Positions 16,336 through 29,640 of a DNA stretch of 64,000 bases are shown here, in pieces (the first letter of the stretch is position 1; the number at the start of each line of letters is the position of its first letter). Below the pieces are notes generated by a model. That model did not search any database. It was given only the letters and a program-made list of their open reading frames with translations, and had not been told where the DNA came from. The position numbers and the translations under genes are program-made. Source of the DNA: the human T2T-CHM13v2.0 reference genome, Homo sapiens; assembly GCF_009914755.1 (NCBI RefSeq), contig NC_060926.1; one strand, 5' to 3'.

Positions 16336-16838
16336 TGTAGCAGGCCAAATAGTAATCACACAAAGAAATGTGTGTCTTATTTCCTGGAACCTGTATCTGT
16401 TACCTTATAAGGAAAAAGGGTTCAAAGACGTGATTAAATTGAGGATCTTGAGATGGAGTGATTACAGTGGATTATTCAGGTGGGTCTTAAATGTTATTGC
16501 AAGTGTCCTTATAAGAGAGTGGCAGGAGGAGATGTCATATAGACAGACAGGAGAAGCGATATGCAGATGGAGCAGAGAGAGATTTAGAGATGTTACTCTT
16601 GAGGTGGGAGTGATGGAGCCACAAGCCTAGAAATTCCAGTAACCTCCAAATGCTGGAATAGTCCAGGAAGTGATTCTCCCCTACAAAAAAAACCATGACC
16701 CAGCTGACACGTTGATTTTGTTCCAGTGCAACTAATTTCAGACTTCTGGCCTCCAGGACTGTAAAGGAACAGAAGGATATTATTTTAAGCCACCAGGTTT
16801 TTGGTAATTTGTTAGAGCAACCACAAGAAACTGGTAAA
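16336..16838 (+). mobile_element. MLT1 (MLT1B/C/D-like) ERVL-MaLR solo LTR
   Basis: ggaacctgt...gatcttgagatgg...gacttctggcctccag...taagccacca...ggtaatttgtt. Confidence 0.85.
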
Positions 16839-19069
16839 GGCCTCATGGGACAATGAACCAATTAAGCAATAGGTAAATTGACTTAATTCTATTTCCCTTT
16901 ACTGGATTGAAGGAGAAATTACCTGATTTGTCAGGTTTTCTTTGCAAGCTTTGGGCAGTAATCAGAGTGAGGGCAGTCATAATAGGAAACCAGTAAAATT
17001 GTTATTGCACTTTCAAAAATGGCCAGTGAAAGTCAACAAACGTGTTCATGGGACAATTATCCCCTTATTATATCTAAGAGTTATTTCTTGCTAGATCCAA
17101 GATGGCAAATGGAAGAACAAATTGTTGTAGCAAGAAAGGAAAGAGAGATGCATATAGCAAGCACCATAATTAGTGGGGAAAGACCACAAAACAGAAACGT
17201 ATGAAGAAACAAAGTGGCGCAAGAGGGCCAAATGTGTAAAAGGTTGAGTGGTGCATTTATAAATTGAATCTCAAGCATGTAGTAAAAAGCCTAGCACAAA
17301 GAAGACAATTAATAAGTGATTGTTGAATTGATAAAACATTTTTAAGGTTCCAGTCTAAAGTATGCACGGCAAAGTGTTAAACTGAGCCCAATATGTAAGC
17401 AAGGAGAAATCAGAATGTGGATAATGGTATTTACTGTAACTGAGTCATGGGCTCTAACATGCTGTAATCATTGTTGTGATATAGGAATTGTAGTCAAGAT
17501 TCATTGTGAACTCTGAAATATTATAAACATCCTCCAGTGGTGTCTTATAGGGACAGTTTAACCAACGGTAGTCCTTATTTTTGTGCCAGGATAGAGAAGG
17601 GAGTGGAACATGGATTATGCAGTTCAGTTGTTTAATAAAAATTGGGAGATGGGTAAACAATTACACACCTTAATCTAGAAAAAATAGGCAAGTAGAAATA
17701 AGTAGCAGGGCTAGAAGAGTAATTTGGAAGTTCCTTAAATTAAACAGTTTTATTTTACTATTCCCAAGGATTCTGAAAGTTTTTTAATTTTTATTTTTCA
17801 TTAAAATTTTCTATCAATGTTTGATTTCACTGGAGATGTTAGCTTATTTCATTATCATAGAGCTCTTTATAAGTAGCTTGGGACAGAGCTGATCAAGAAA
17901 ACCACAGTAAGTAAACTGCTTCTGAAAACCTTTAATAAGTAATGTACTATTATTACTTATTAAAGGTAATACCTATAAAATGAAAATATAACTCCTATTG
18001 TCTGAGTATGGGGAAGTCAGCGAACCACTTCTCTTCACTATAAGAGTTTCTTCCAAATGGCAGAATAAATACTCTGGCGACAAAACAAACACCCAAGCCC
18101 TTTCTTACTTAAGGTTTTTGGCTATGCATTCCTTTCTCTTGAATAACTCACTTTCTACCCAAGGAAATGTGGAGTCATCTCTCACTGTTCTCCTCCCTCA
18201 CTTCTCACATTTGATCACTCTCAAAGACAAAGAATTACTCTTTCTCCAACTTCTCGTTGCCTAAAGATGACTTCCCCATTTATTTCCAGGTGGGGACAAA
18301 ATTTTCATTATCATTACCAATTTAAATTTTCAGTACCTTGATTTGCTTATCACAATGGGGAAGAGGTGACTTCTCCAATTGATGAAGTAGGTTATATTAT
18401 TTTATTAGGTGGACTAATATGAAAACCAATGCTTGTGCATGGTTTTCCTTCACATTGCTTACCCTCTTTTTCCCTGTTGTTAGCCCCTTTAGCCTCTTAG
18501 GTCTAATTGTACTCAAATGTGATGAACTCATTTTACTGCATGTAGAAGATGTAAAAGAAAAAGAAAAAGAAAAACTTAGTTCTAAAAGGTCTGGTTAAGA
18601 TTTTTCTCTCCTAGGTCCAGTTTCTCTAACCCTGACTGATTTAATAAGTCATTACAGCTCTTTACAATGTCCCTGACTGCCTTTATTTGGGGATGAATAA
18701 AATAAAGAATCATCATATTAGTCTCTGGTTCCTGACTCATTCTTTTATTTTGCTTCTCATGGAGTTTTATACTTTGCAGAGTAAACAGATATTTAATTTT
18801 GAGCTCATGCTTCCTTATAACTACTCTCTCTTGGTTAAGAACCAGAAAGGAGAAAATGGTGTTTTATTATACTATACCAAACCTCCCAAACTTTATTAGT
18901 CCTGTTAATTTTAAGGTTTTAATAATTATCTATTATTTTATTTTGTTTTCTTGCCTTTTTTTTTGGGATATTGAGGTCTCTAGATGGAATAACATCAATA
19001 AACTTCTAACCAATCTTCAGTCTTTTCTAAAATTCTACTGACATTATGCCCTTTGTGAGATGTATCTTG

Positions 19070-19370
19070 GTAGATCAATTTCATAGGTGTGAAACCTGTA
19101 TAGTGACATGGAATGCTGCTCTCAGAAGGGCTCTTCACTTGGTTTGATGATCTGTTATATTTTCAAGTTCTTAATTTTATCTTATAAATTGTGTTCTGTA
19201 AGTGGAAGGTGATTTTAAAAATGGGGCATGCATGTGGGCAGAGGAAATACATGCAATATGTGCCCTCTGTTTCTTGATGATTCATTCACACACAGAGTCA
19301 ATGATGCTCCATGAACACAAAATTCTAGTGAGTCCATAAGCATGGGAGTTCAGTGAGATTTAAAGTTCAA
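19070..19370 (+). mobile_element. MER45/Zaphod-type hAT-Tip100 5' fragment
   Basis: ctcagaagggc...cttggttt...gcagaggaaatacatgcaatatg...gggagttcagtgaga resembles the MER45B/R 5' end; right boundary uncertain. Confidence 0.65.
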
Positions 19371-20196
19371 AGTTCAGCTTAATTAATTAACACTAGATTC
19401 ATGTAAACAAAAATGTTACATTTGCTACAGTAATAATGAATTTCCATTTATCAGGAAAAGGAAATCAGCTTCATCCATTGGAAGAATTCTTTTTTTTCCC
19501 CTCCTCTTCAAAAGTACAGATTGACTTAAATTCTAGAAAAGAGTTTAGGAAATTATATTACATAATGAAATATGTTAAATGCCACAAGAAACATGAGTTA
19601 CCTTCAAGAGATACATATAAAATTGTTTGATGATAGAGTTTTTTATTAAGTCATGAAGGAGAATTTGTTAAATGAGAGCTGGATCAATTTACTCTGTTAC
19701 AAGTTAGCTAGACTGTCTGAAATATGTTTAAAGAGGATGGAGATTATGCTTTGGGACCAGAGGGTCAATAATACATCTTCCAAAAAGTACTGTCTATCTA
19801 TGATTCACAAGAATGTTAGACCTAGGATAATATCTGCTCTGCATGAGAAGCTAGCAGATCTTCAGTTCATGCTGAAACTACAGTTAAATTCTAGTAATTG
19901 AATCCAAGATAAATGTTGGTAAAGTTTCTGACAAAAAGAGCTTGGCATATCATTTTTAGCTGCCTACAGCCAAAGTAAATTATATTAATTACACAGAAAT
20001 TCACAGAATAAATTATAGTTAATTAGCCTGATCCACACAAATTATAATGAAGACAAATGAACTAACTGAATTGCAGCAGATCAGGCAGGATGAGACACTT
20101 CTAGATTATATTCCAAATGTGAAATTTTGGTAGTCTGAATCTTTTATGGGGAGAAATCTGGGACTTCTTCACTCAATCCTATTTATATGTCAAAGC

Positions 20197-20505
20197 TTTT
20201 TTTTTTTTTTTTTTTTTTTTTTGAGGCAAGGTCTTACTCTGTCACCCAGACTGGAGTGAAGTGGTCCAATCTTGGCTGACTGCAACCTCCACCTCCCAGG
20301 CTCAAACAATCCTCCTGCCTCAGCCTCATGAGTAACTGGGACCGCAGGCATGTGCCACCATGCCCAGCTAATTTTTTGTATTTTTTGTGGAATTGCGGTT
20401 TGGCCATGTAGCCCAGACTTGTCTTGAACTCCTGGATTCAAGCAATCTGCCCACTTCAGTTTCCCAAAGAGCCGGGATTAGAGGCATGAGCCACCATGCC
20501 CAGCC
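20197..20505 (-). mobile_element. AluJ (AluJb-like), full length
   Basis: Poly-T plus Alu body with J-type ggctcaa..atcctcc. Confidence 0.92.
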
Positions 20506-20734
20506 ATTGTATGCTAAAGTATTAATACAATTTTAAAAGATTTTATATTATTTTTTCCACACAGTAAGAAATTTCTTGTTGCTCTGGATTTTCATTTTAT
20601 CGTATGGCAGAAGGCCTTCCAACTGTCATATCAGAGTGAAGGAAACATGAGGCAGGATAGGAAGGCACAATGTTGCAGGTGTGGCTGAACACAGATGGGG
20701 GCCAATAGCGTTTTGCTCCCTCCCTCATTATCTC

Positions 20735-20845
20735 TCTTTTTCCCTTCCTTCCTTCCTTCCTTCGTTCCTTCCTTCTCTCCCTCCTTCCTTCCTCTCTTCC
20801 TTCTTCCCTTCTTCCTTCCTTCCTTCCTTCCTTCCTTTCCTTTTT
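20735..20845. repeat. (TTCC)n polypyrimidine simple repeat
   Basis: Direct inspection. Confidence 0.9.
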
Positions 20846-21269
20846 ACTTTCAAATTAGAAAGTTGTGTTATTTTACTGGGAAGGAACCAATTTCCCCCTA
20901 ATGGCAGAAGATGATAATGTGAGGCAACAGAGACCAGAGGATGGTAGAGGCCAGAGGATAGTATAGAGATAACAGATGATAATGGTTAATTGATTGTCCC
21001 ACGAAAAAGACAACCCTTAGGGCATATATGATAGAATTATCCAACTCTGGAAAATATTAAACATTTAACAAATTCAGCATCAAACTTGGTCTTGGCCAGA
21101 TTCTGGCAAATATCATAGAAGATTTTCAATTCATTAACTCATTTATTTATTTATTCACTCAAAAAACATTTGATTATCTTTTGTGTTTGAAGTTACCTGC
21201 CCCATATCAGGAGAAGTAGGCAAGCGGGACAAAGATTTAAACATAAGACCAAGAACTATAAAACTACTA

Positions 21270-21331
21270 TTAGTTTGGTGCAAAAGTAAAGGGGTTTGGC
21301 CAAAACCACAGTTACCTTTGCACCAATCTAA
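21270..21331. mobile_element. MADE1 (Hsmar1-derived mariner MITE), internally deleted
   Basis: ttagtttggtgcaaaagtaa...ttacctttgcaccaatctaa inverted termini; TA target site. Confidence 0.85.
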
Positions 21332-22051
21332 CAGAAGAAAACAGAGGAAAAGCTATACAACACTGGTCTCAGCTATACATATATATTTTAATTTTGACCC
21401 CAAAAGTGCAGGCAGCAAAAGAAAATAGACCAATGGGATAATCAAACCAAAAAGCTTCTGTGTAGCAAAGAAAACAACAGAATAAAGAGAACCTATGAAT
21501 TGGGAGAAATTTTAAGATTCTAAAAGAATCTATAAACTATAAACTTTATACAAGGACAATGAATAATCTGATTAATAATTAGGCAAAGGACTTGAATAGA
21601 CCTTCCTCAAAAGAAGACATGTGTATATCTAACAGATAAGCAAAACATTCTCAATATCACTGATCACTGGGAAGGAGAAAATTCAAAATCACAATGAGAT
21701 ATCACCTCATACCTATAAGAATGGCTAATTTAGAAAATTTTTAAAAAGACAAAAGATAAGTATTAGCAAGGATATAGAGAAAAGATAACATTTGTGAATT
21801 ATTGATGGGAATGTAAATTAATGCAGCCACTATGGAAAACATTACGAAGGTTCCTCCAAAAACTAAAAATAGAATTACCAAATGATCCAACAATTCATTT
21901 TCTGGTTATTCACTCAAAATATCTGAAATTAGTAAGTTGAAGAGATGTTTGCAATCCCACGTTTACTGATGCATTATTCACAGTAGTCAAGTTATGGAAT
22001 CAATGTAAGAGTCCATCGAGGGATGCATAGATAAAGAAAATATGGTATTTA

Positions 22052-22377
22052 TAGTCAGCCCTCTGTATCTGGAGGTTTGGCAACTGCAGAAACAACCAAC
22101 TGCAGATTAAAAAATCTGAAATAAATAAATATTAACAGTGGAACAATAAAAATGATACAAATCTTAAAAATACAGTGTAACAGCTATTTAGATAGCATTT
22201 CCATTGTATTAGGTATTATAGAAAATCTAGAGACAATTTAAAATATATAGAAGAATGAGAATGTGCATAGGTTATAGGTAGACACTACACCATTTTATAT
22301 AAGGGACTTGAGCGTCTATGGATTTTGGTATGCAGCAGTTCTGGAACCAATTCCCCATGGATACCAAGAAATGACTA
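22052..22377 (-). mobile_element. MER2/MER2B (TcMar-Tigger) MITE
   Basis: agtcagccctctgtatc...ggataccaagaaatgact termini, MER2-type body, TA flanks. Confidence 0.85.
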
Positions 22378-24582
22378 TACACACAGTGGAATATTATGCA
22401 TTCATAAAAAGGGAAAAAATTCTGTTATTCATGACAACAAAGATGGAATTAGAGAATATCACCCTAAGTGAAATAAGCCAAACACAGAAAGACAAATACT
22501 GCATGTTCCCATTTATATGTGGACTCTAAAACGATGGGACCCATAGAAGCAAGAGTAGAATGGTGGTTACCAGATGCTGGTGAGGAATGTGGAATTGATA
22601 GTCAAAGAGTACTAAGCTTAAGTCTGGTAAAAGGAATAAATTATATATTTTTAGATCAATAGCACAGGATGGTAAATATAGCTAATAACTGAGTAATGCA
22701 CATTACAATGTCACTAAGAGTAAATTTTAAATATTCTTATCACAAAACAAGTTAAATATTTGAGGTGATAGATATGTTTATTAGCTTAATTTAATCGTTC
22801 CACATTTTGTTCAAAAATGGTAACACCATTTTGTATCCCATAAATATATATGACTATAATTTGTCAACATGCAAGAAAAAAAGCAAAGGAAATAATACAT
22901 TTCTCTCTGTGTTAGACATGATTGCATTTTTCAAGATGCCTTTAACCATAGCATAATATATACAGACAATACTGATTGTCCATGGACTTGAGCTATCAAT
23001 AAATTTTTTTTCAGTAAGAGCTGGCAATTCAAATGGCTTTTTGAAAGATAGCGAGAACTCTTTCAATTAGAATCACCATGGAGAATTTCTGAGCCTTGAA
23101 CACAAGGCTACTTGTCTTCAAGGCTCAGAGTTCCATCCATGTTGGAATTCTGAGCGTTGCTACTGAGCAATCCTGGAATCAAAAAAGAGAAGGGAGAAAA
23201 TGACTTTCCAGCATAGTAATTTTTTTAAAGACAAAATATAATTCAAATCATTCTGTATATCTAAAATATGTAATTTATACCTAATTTATAGTAAGTAATC
23301 AATATTTATATGTGACCTCAAACTATTTATCTAGAATATCCCTTAATTATGCAGTAAATTTATTATCTAGTCCTAATTTCAGAATAGCATTATTTTGGGT
23401 ACAGAATACACGTCTTTATTATTACAAAAGCTTATCCTTAATATTTTTTGATGACGTGCCTCAGTAACCCCACTTTGCCTGAAAAATATCTTCCCATGAG
23501 TAAATCTTCAGCAAATGCTTAGTAAAGATCTTCAGGTGGTTTTGAAGTCCCTTTCTAACTACAAACCATTGCTATAGGGGAGCCTTCCAGTGTTTGCTTT
23601 TATAGTCTAAGGTATTCAACTTACCTCACAAGGCTGTCATATTTACTTGTAATCCAATCTACCCAAGTCTTCATCCATAAAATAACACCAATGACATTTG
23701 TAGTTAAAGTGGAATATTATTTAACCATTACCAATTACTGTGAGGATGGAATTTTCCCTAAGAATAACACTGGCTTATTCCCACTTCTTTATTCACTCTG
23801 CTAGTAGAGAGTCGTAGTGCCTGGGAGAGCCATGTAGATGTTTGACACAGCACTCCTCCCTTCACTTCGGAGGATGCCTCTTAAAAAAATACTTTATGGA
23901 ATAAGTTTTACCATGGCCATTCCCCTACATTTTACATATATGACACAAACGGTAGCTCATAATTTATTATTTATATGTATTAGTACATTATTGTTTGAAT
24001 TGGGCCTGTATAACTTGACCATTGGCAAAGTGAGTTGCTGCTTATCTGTCATTCCTCTATGAAAGTGGTGCACCATCCTATAAAAAGGATGTGCATGCAT
24101 TATCAGTTCCCCATTAATTGATGTAAAGTTGACTCTCCTTAACAGTTATTATAAAACAAGGAGAGAACTTGTCATGGAAACAATAAAGAATTAAATGATT
24201 TGCTCACACTCGATCAAATTCACATAATTTGGATTAGTCACAAACTGAATTTAGGAAAGGAAAAATTTCTCATGTGGCTTTTAGTAAGGAGCCCTTGGGG
24301 GTAAAAGTGGTTTCTCACCACAGTTATTTTAATATTACAAAATAAAACAGTATTACCAAAGTACGTGACCAGAGCTCTCTGAAATTTATGTTCAGGCCCC
24401 GAATTTCTCTCCTAAAGGTATATGGTGTTATCCAGTTCCCTACCTTTCTGGGGAAAGACTTGTTTGATAGACATATGGCATAAAGACTATAAGACACTTG
24501 TAAATCTATTTAGCAAGAGAAAGAGGAACAAGAAAGTCTGAGGCAGGAGGGATGCTACGGGAAAACGAATTAGATGGAGCTT

Positions 24583-24595
24583 GTTGCTAGGAAAC
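24583..24595. promoter_or_regulatory. RFX X-box motif GTTGCTAGGAAAC
   Basis: Matches the RFX palindrome, extended by CTT...AAG flanks; lies in non-repeat DNA; function inferred only. Confidence 0.45.
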
Positions 24596-27089
24596 AAGGC
24601 AAACTAAGTGCATTGGAGTAGTTAGGTGGGTAACTCTTCCAGAATAACAGCCCTGCACATCCATGCAGAGATGGAAGCGGAACAGATTCGCAGCCTATGT
24701 CAGGGAACAACACAAACTTTGAAATATAGCCTTGTAGGTACGGAGAAACCTCACTTTATACATACTCTGAGCCAGAAAAAAGAAGAAAAGAGGAGGGGAA
24801 TAGTCAAAAAATCTTATTAGCCCACATCTATTGTCCATCCCTAAATTAAATTTGAATGTAGCCCAATTTTATTTCAAAGTTATGATATTTCTCACAAGCT
24901 CCATTGTAAAGTAGAAATATTCCTATTTAGTAATATTTTATACCCAGAGCAAAAATCAAGGAAATCTTGACAACAATAATCATAGTTTAAGGCGATAAAA
25001 CAGATGGGGGTATTTCCTGGGTAATGAACTGGCACACTGAGTTTTCAGTTTCCACTGGGGATTGTCTACTCTACATGGTCCAGACAAAACGTCCTATACC
25101 ACCTTTTTCCTGAATTTCATCTTTAGTTTCTCTCTCTCATTAGTACTGATCATTCTTGTGTTCTGTTCAAATGCATTTAGGGCATTTGATTGTACTATGA
25201 GTTTCTAAGGGAAGTGTACTCTCCATTTACTTATATTAATAACATCTAGATTGAGCCATGGATGGCAATAAATACATAAGAAATATTTATCGTATATTTG
25301 AAACAATGACTGAATATTTATTTTATTATTCATACATTTTCTTTTCTTTCTTTATATGTGCATATTCTATCTTCCTGAAAAATATTTAAGCCCTTTAAGA
25401 ATACAGAGAATCCATATTTTTTATTCCTCCCTTAATCAAAGTAGTTTAAAATTAAGCAAAAAACAGATATTTGAAGAGTACTCATTATGTTAAACTGAAT
25501 AAATCTAGTCAGGTAATTCATTTGGAGAAAGGGCAAAGCTATGCAAGCGAGACTCGAAATAGAATTTGAAAGCAGTTTAATAGCCTCGATTTTTAAATGA
25601 GATTGCTGCAGTTTATAACAATGACAGTAACAAAATAAAGTAAAAACAGTAATGGTAAACATTCATTAAATACCTGAGCAACATTCTAAGCACCAAGAAT
25701 ACAGAAAAAAAATTAGACAATAACCTCTGCCTTCACTGAATTTACTATCCAGTTGGGGGAGGCAGACAATAAACCATAAAATATATAGAGTGCTAAATGA
25801 TGATAGATCCCACAGAGAAAAAAAAAAGCCGGAAAAGGGAAAACAGAATATTGGGATGTGGTAATCCTCAATACTGTGATCTAGGGCAAAGGTTGCATTT
25901 GAGTTAGGCTCCACACCAGGTGAGAGAGGAACTGGAGTATCCTGAAAATAATTCTAGGAAGAGAAAACAGCAAATATAAATGTCCTGAATAGGAGGGTGC
26001 CTAGTATATGAGGAACAGCAAGGAGAGAAGTGTGCCTAGAGCTGAGTGAGCAAAAAAAAAAAAGGAGAAATAGGAGAAAACGTCAGAGAATTTACAGCAG
26101 GTAAATCCTGTTCAACCTTGATGGTCACAGCAATGCCTTTGGCTTTTTCTTTCTGTGACGTGCTGGATAATTGAAAGGAATTGAGAACAGTTATGTCATG
26201 CTTGGACTCTTTATTAGAATCTCTTTGACTTCTATTTTAAGAAAAGACTGAGGAAAGTCCAAGAAAAAAACAGCTAGACTATAAAAGGGAAGAAGTGGTA
26301 AGATTCTAGAAACATTTTAAAGGTAGAAAAATCAGGTTTTCTGACAGTGTGAATGTAGAGATTTTGGCCTGAACAACTGTAATGATGGTGTTGTCTTTGA
26401 CAGACATAGAAAATACTGTGGCATACAGGTTTGGCAGTAAATTGTTGTGAGCTTCTTGAAGGATGGGTTAGGATCTTGGTCATATACACGTAAAGATTGC
26501 AATGCTTATTAGACAATCAAGTGGCAATGTCTACCAGGCAGTTGGATATACAAGTCTGATGTTCTGGGAAGAGACCTTACCTATAGATATAAATTTGAGA
26601 AAAATATGAGAATTGATTGAATTACATCCTTATTCATGTAAGAGGTAATAAGATCTATTAGGTAAGTGGAATTGATTACTTTTATCAGCAGCAAAGTGAA
26701 TAAGTTAGAATAATTGGGAACAGATTCAAATAAGGGTTAGATGTAGTAGACAGTTTGTAGAAGTTCTCTCTAATCTTCCATTATTTTCTCAATGAAATAG
26801 AAAACAAAGTTAAGAATGACGATGAGGGTTTAGGGTTCCCAAGTATTTTTTTATATTGCAAACATGTTCTGGATCTAATACTTTTTCCCTGTGTCTTGTA
26901 TTGTCTTTTCCAGGACACTCTAGATGTTCTATATTCAGTATTTTTTCCAATAAATAACAAAAAATTGGCTTTTAGAGTGATTTTTCAGTCACCCCCATTG
27001 GCAGCTTAAATCACTTGAATGACAACACAAGTTGAAAGTCATACCTCTATAAATAAAGATCTGGAGAGTCTCTTAAGTTTCTTACTGCA

Positions 27090-27650
27090 GCTTTGGCTGA
27101 AAGTCAAAAGAAATAAGTAAGGATTAAAATTATTTATTTTTCATATTTAAGATATGAAAGATTGTTCTTTGGCCAAGGTTTCAAGTCGTACATAAGTAAC
27201 CATCATTAGAGATAAGATCAGATTAGTACCCGTGCTCTGAAAATCAGTCAAACACCAGCCTGATTCATGTAACTATGAATTCTGAAAGTCAGCCAATCAT
27301 TAAACTTCATTTTTGAAAATAGACTAATCAGTGATAACCCTGTGCTTCTAAACATTAGTCAATCAACAAATGTTTCAGTTTATTTTCTGTGTTTCTAAGT
27401 CAGCTGGTGAACATCAGCCTTAGTACAATGACCACACCAGTAGAGTATGAAGTTCTGTAATCCCTAAACATTCCTACCTCTGAAAGTCTGCCAAGCTTTG
27501 ATGAGCCAGTCTTTCTGAAACCTTATGTAATGTCATCTGTGACATTACATAAAGACAATGCCTTACAGATATTGCTATTACTTGTAAGCAAAGGAAAACT
27601 TCACCTTTTGCTCCAGATATTAGTCAATTTTATTGTTAGTTTGCAAGTTC
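27090..27650 (+). mobile_element. Degenerate ERV1-type LTR (MER110/MER90-like) inside the hAT element; boundaries approximate
   Basis: Repeated (c/g)tcagccaatca-type CCAAT units and an LTR-like 3' end. Confidence 0.4.
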
Positions 27651-27819
27651 ACAGCCCTTTCAACAACTCGACCCTTGTTTATGGTTACTTATTAATTTGG
27701 ACTTGTGAGTGACAAATGCAATGTAGATTCCCTGAGATTATTAAATTCAGTCTTTTCAATTCTTGTGGTGGTTTCTATTATCTATTTGTGTTTGTGTTTT
27801 TGTATATTTGAATCCTCAA

Positions 27820-29640
27820 ATGCCAAAACACAGAAATAAACTTTGTGATAAATTTTCTGAAGAGTGACATTTACTAAATAAAGAAAATGCTCTTTTGGAT
27901 CTCTGTGTGTAGTATACAATTACTCATACAATATGGAAAATGGTGGAAAATCAGATATAAGCCAGCATATTGGCATACGTGATATATAAGTTCTTAACTA
28001 GTACTATAAATGTGACAAAAAATAAAATTCTGATTAAGGGAAATTCATGTGAAGCAGTAGAAGTTGGAATGCCTTCCATACGATATACATCAGCATCAGT
28101 ATTTCAGCACAAATATCTTTTGAACATACAGCTACTAAAAGTGTTTTCTGATTCTAAAATCATGAGCAAGTTTTTAAGTACCAAAATGACATCTACTGCA
28201 ATAATACAAATATATAATAGGTGTATTTACTATGGCAGAGGTAATAAAATATCAGAATGATTCACCATTTTACAAAAGAGCCATGGTGAAAATAATTGCA
28301 ATGCAGAAAAATATTACCTTTGCCTGTGCAATATTTTCCTCATGAAAAAGACTTCCTTAGAAGGTTATGAAGTGTAAAATCCCTTTTAGATGAAACATCA
28401 GAAACAACAGCAAATTGTTGCAGACTCTTTTTTAGTTAGGACGTAATGAGAAAAGTTGTACTGATTTTAGTAGAAGTAATAAAAATACAAATAAAAGTAA
28501 AGGTGTAAATATGGAAATGAGATTTATTTAAAGTTGAATCAAAGCATCAATGATTCTTTGTAAGGTGTTAGCTTTTGATCCATATTGTACATGACACTGC
28601 TCAAAGAACCTCATGCTATTGGCATTGAATATTTCCTATTGGCACTACAGAGATCACATGAAATTATTTTCTAATTTCAGTATGTATGCTGTCTAACCCA
28701 GTGACTAAAGGACTTTCGAGAGTTTGTTGGAATTCAGGATTGTTCAGTTCTCTCATATTCAGAAACCCATGGCTCTCTTTTAACAAATACAGCGAGAGAA
28801 TATCCAGCTTATTGAAATAACACTTTAGTTCTGAACAGGCCCCTCCCAATGCTTGTTGATTTTCTAAGTAATTCATTGAATGAATTCTATTTATTCCTTG
28901 TTAATACTTTTCAACATCTCTTTAACAATAGGATTATGCAAGCTGAAGGAAAAGCAAACTGTGTCATAAAAGTGCTCCATTGCTTAAGAAACTTGTTGAA
29001 CATGTTAAAGCAAAAAATGATGGAAAAATATCCCTTTCAGTGTCAAAGCTGTTTTAAAAGAGATATTACTTATGAACAAGAAAAGAAATTTCATCTTTAA
29101 ATGTATCATTATTATGGCATTTGCCGTGAATATCTTTTGAATATATTTTATACTTTGAAGAATTTGATTTTACCTAATGGTTACATGGGAACAAGTGGCA
29201 TCCTCATGTGTAGTGTTCAACAACAAGGGAATAAAATTTGAAGACAATATTCTTTCTCTTCAGGCCACAGCATTTGAAAAGTCATCAATCAATCCATGCT
29301 ACAAAATCCTGATAATAGAAAGGAATGAATAAAGTTAGGCCGGAAAAAGGATGGCATTGTAAGTTTCAACAAATCAAGTTTGAAAAGCCAGAGACTTTGT
29401 GAACTTTATGCCAGTACATGCTAATATGCTGGCTCATAGTGCCAACATTGAATGTGTTATATCATTAACAATTTTTCAGTGAACAAATGAACAAAATTAA
29501 TTGGATATGACCACTATAGAAACTGTGTCATTATGGAGTGACATATAAATGGAATACATACTGCAATGAATTTTATAAGCAAACTCTGTGAAACAAAAAA
29601 CCATTTGGGAGAGCCAAGCCATCAGGGAATATGATTTTTA
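27820..29640 (+). pseudogene. Decayed hAT transposase (stops and frameshifts)
   Basis: Manual translation: MPKHRNKLCDKFSEE; BED-like LCVVYNYSYNMENGGKSDISQHIG; KVFSDSKIMSKF; LPLPVQYF..LLDETSETTA; HIVHDTAQ (CxxH region); (R)WLSL; dimerisation-like AHSANIECVIS at ~29432-29464. Confidence 0.8.

Larger units (their letters stand above)
21228..22885 (+). mobile_element. 5'-truncated L1MA (L1MA5-7-like) ORF2 end and 3' UTR, interrupted by MADE1 and MER2B
   Basis: aaagatttaaacataagacc...gaagaaaac, LENITLSEISQTQKDKYCM (22308-22529), L1MA 3' UTR. Confidence 0.85.
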
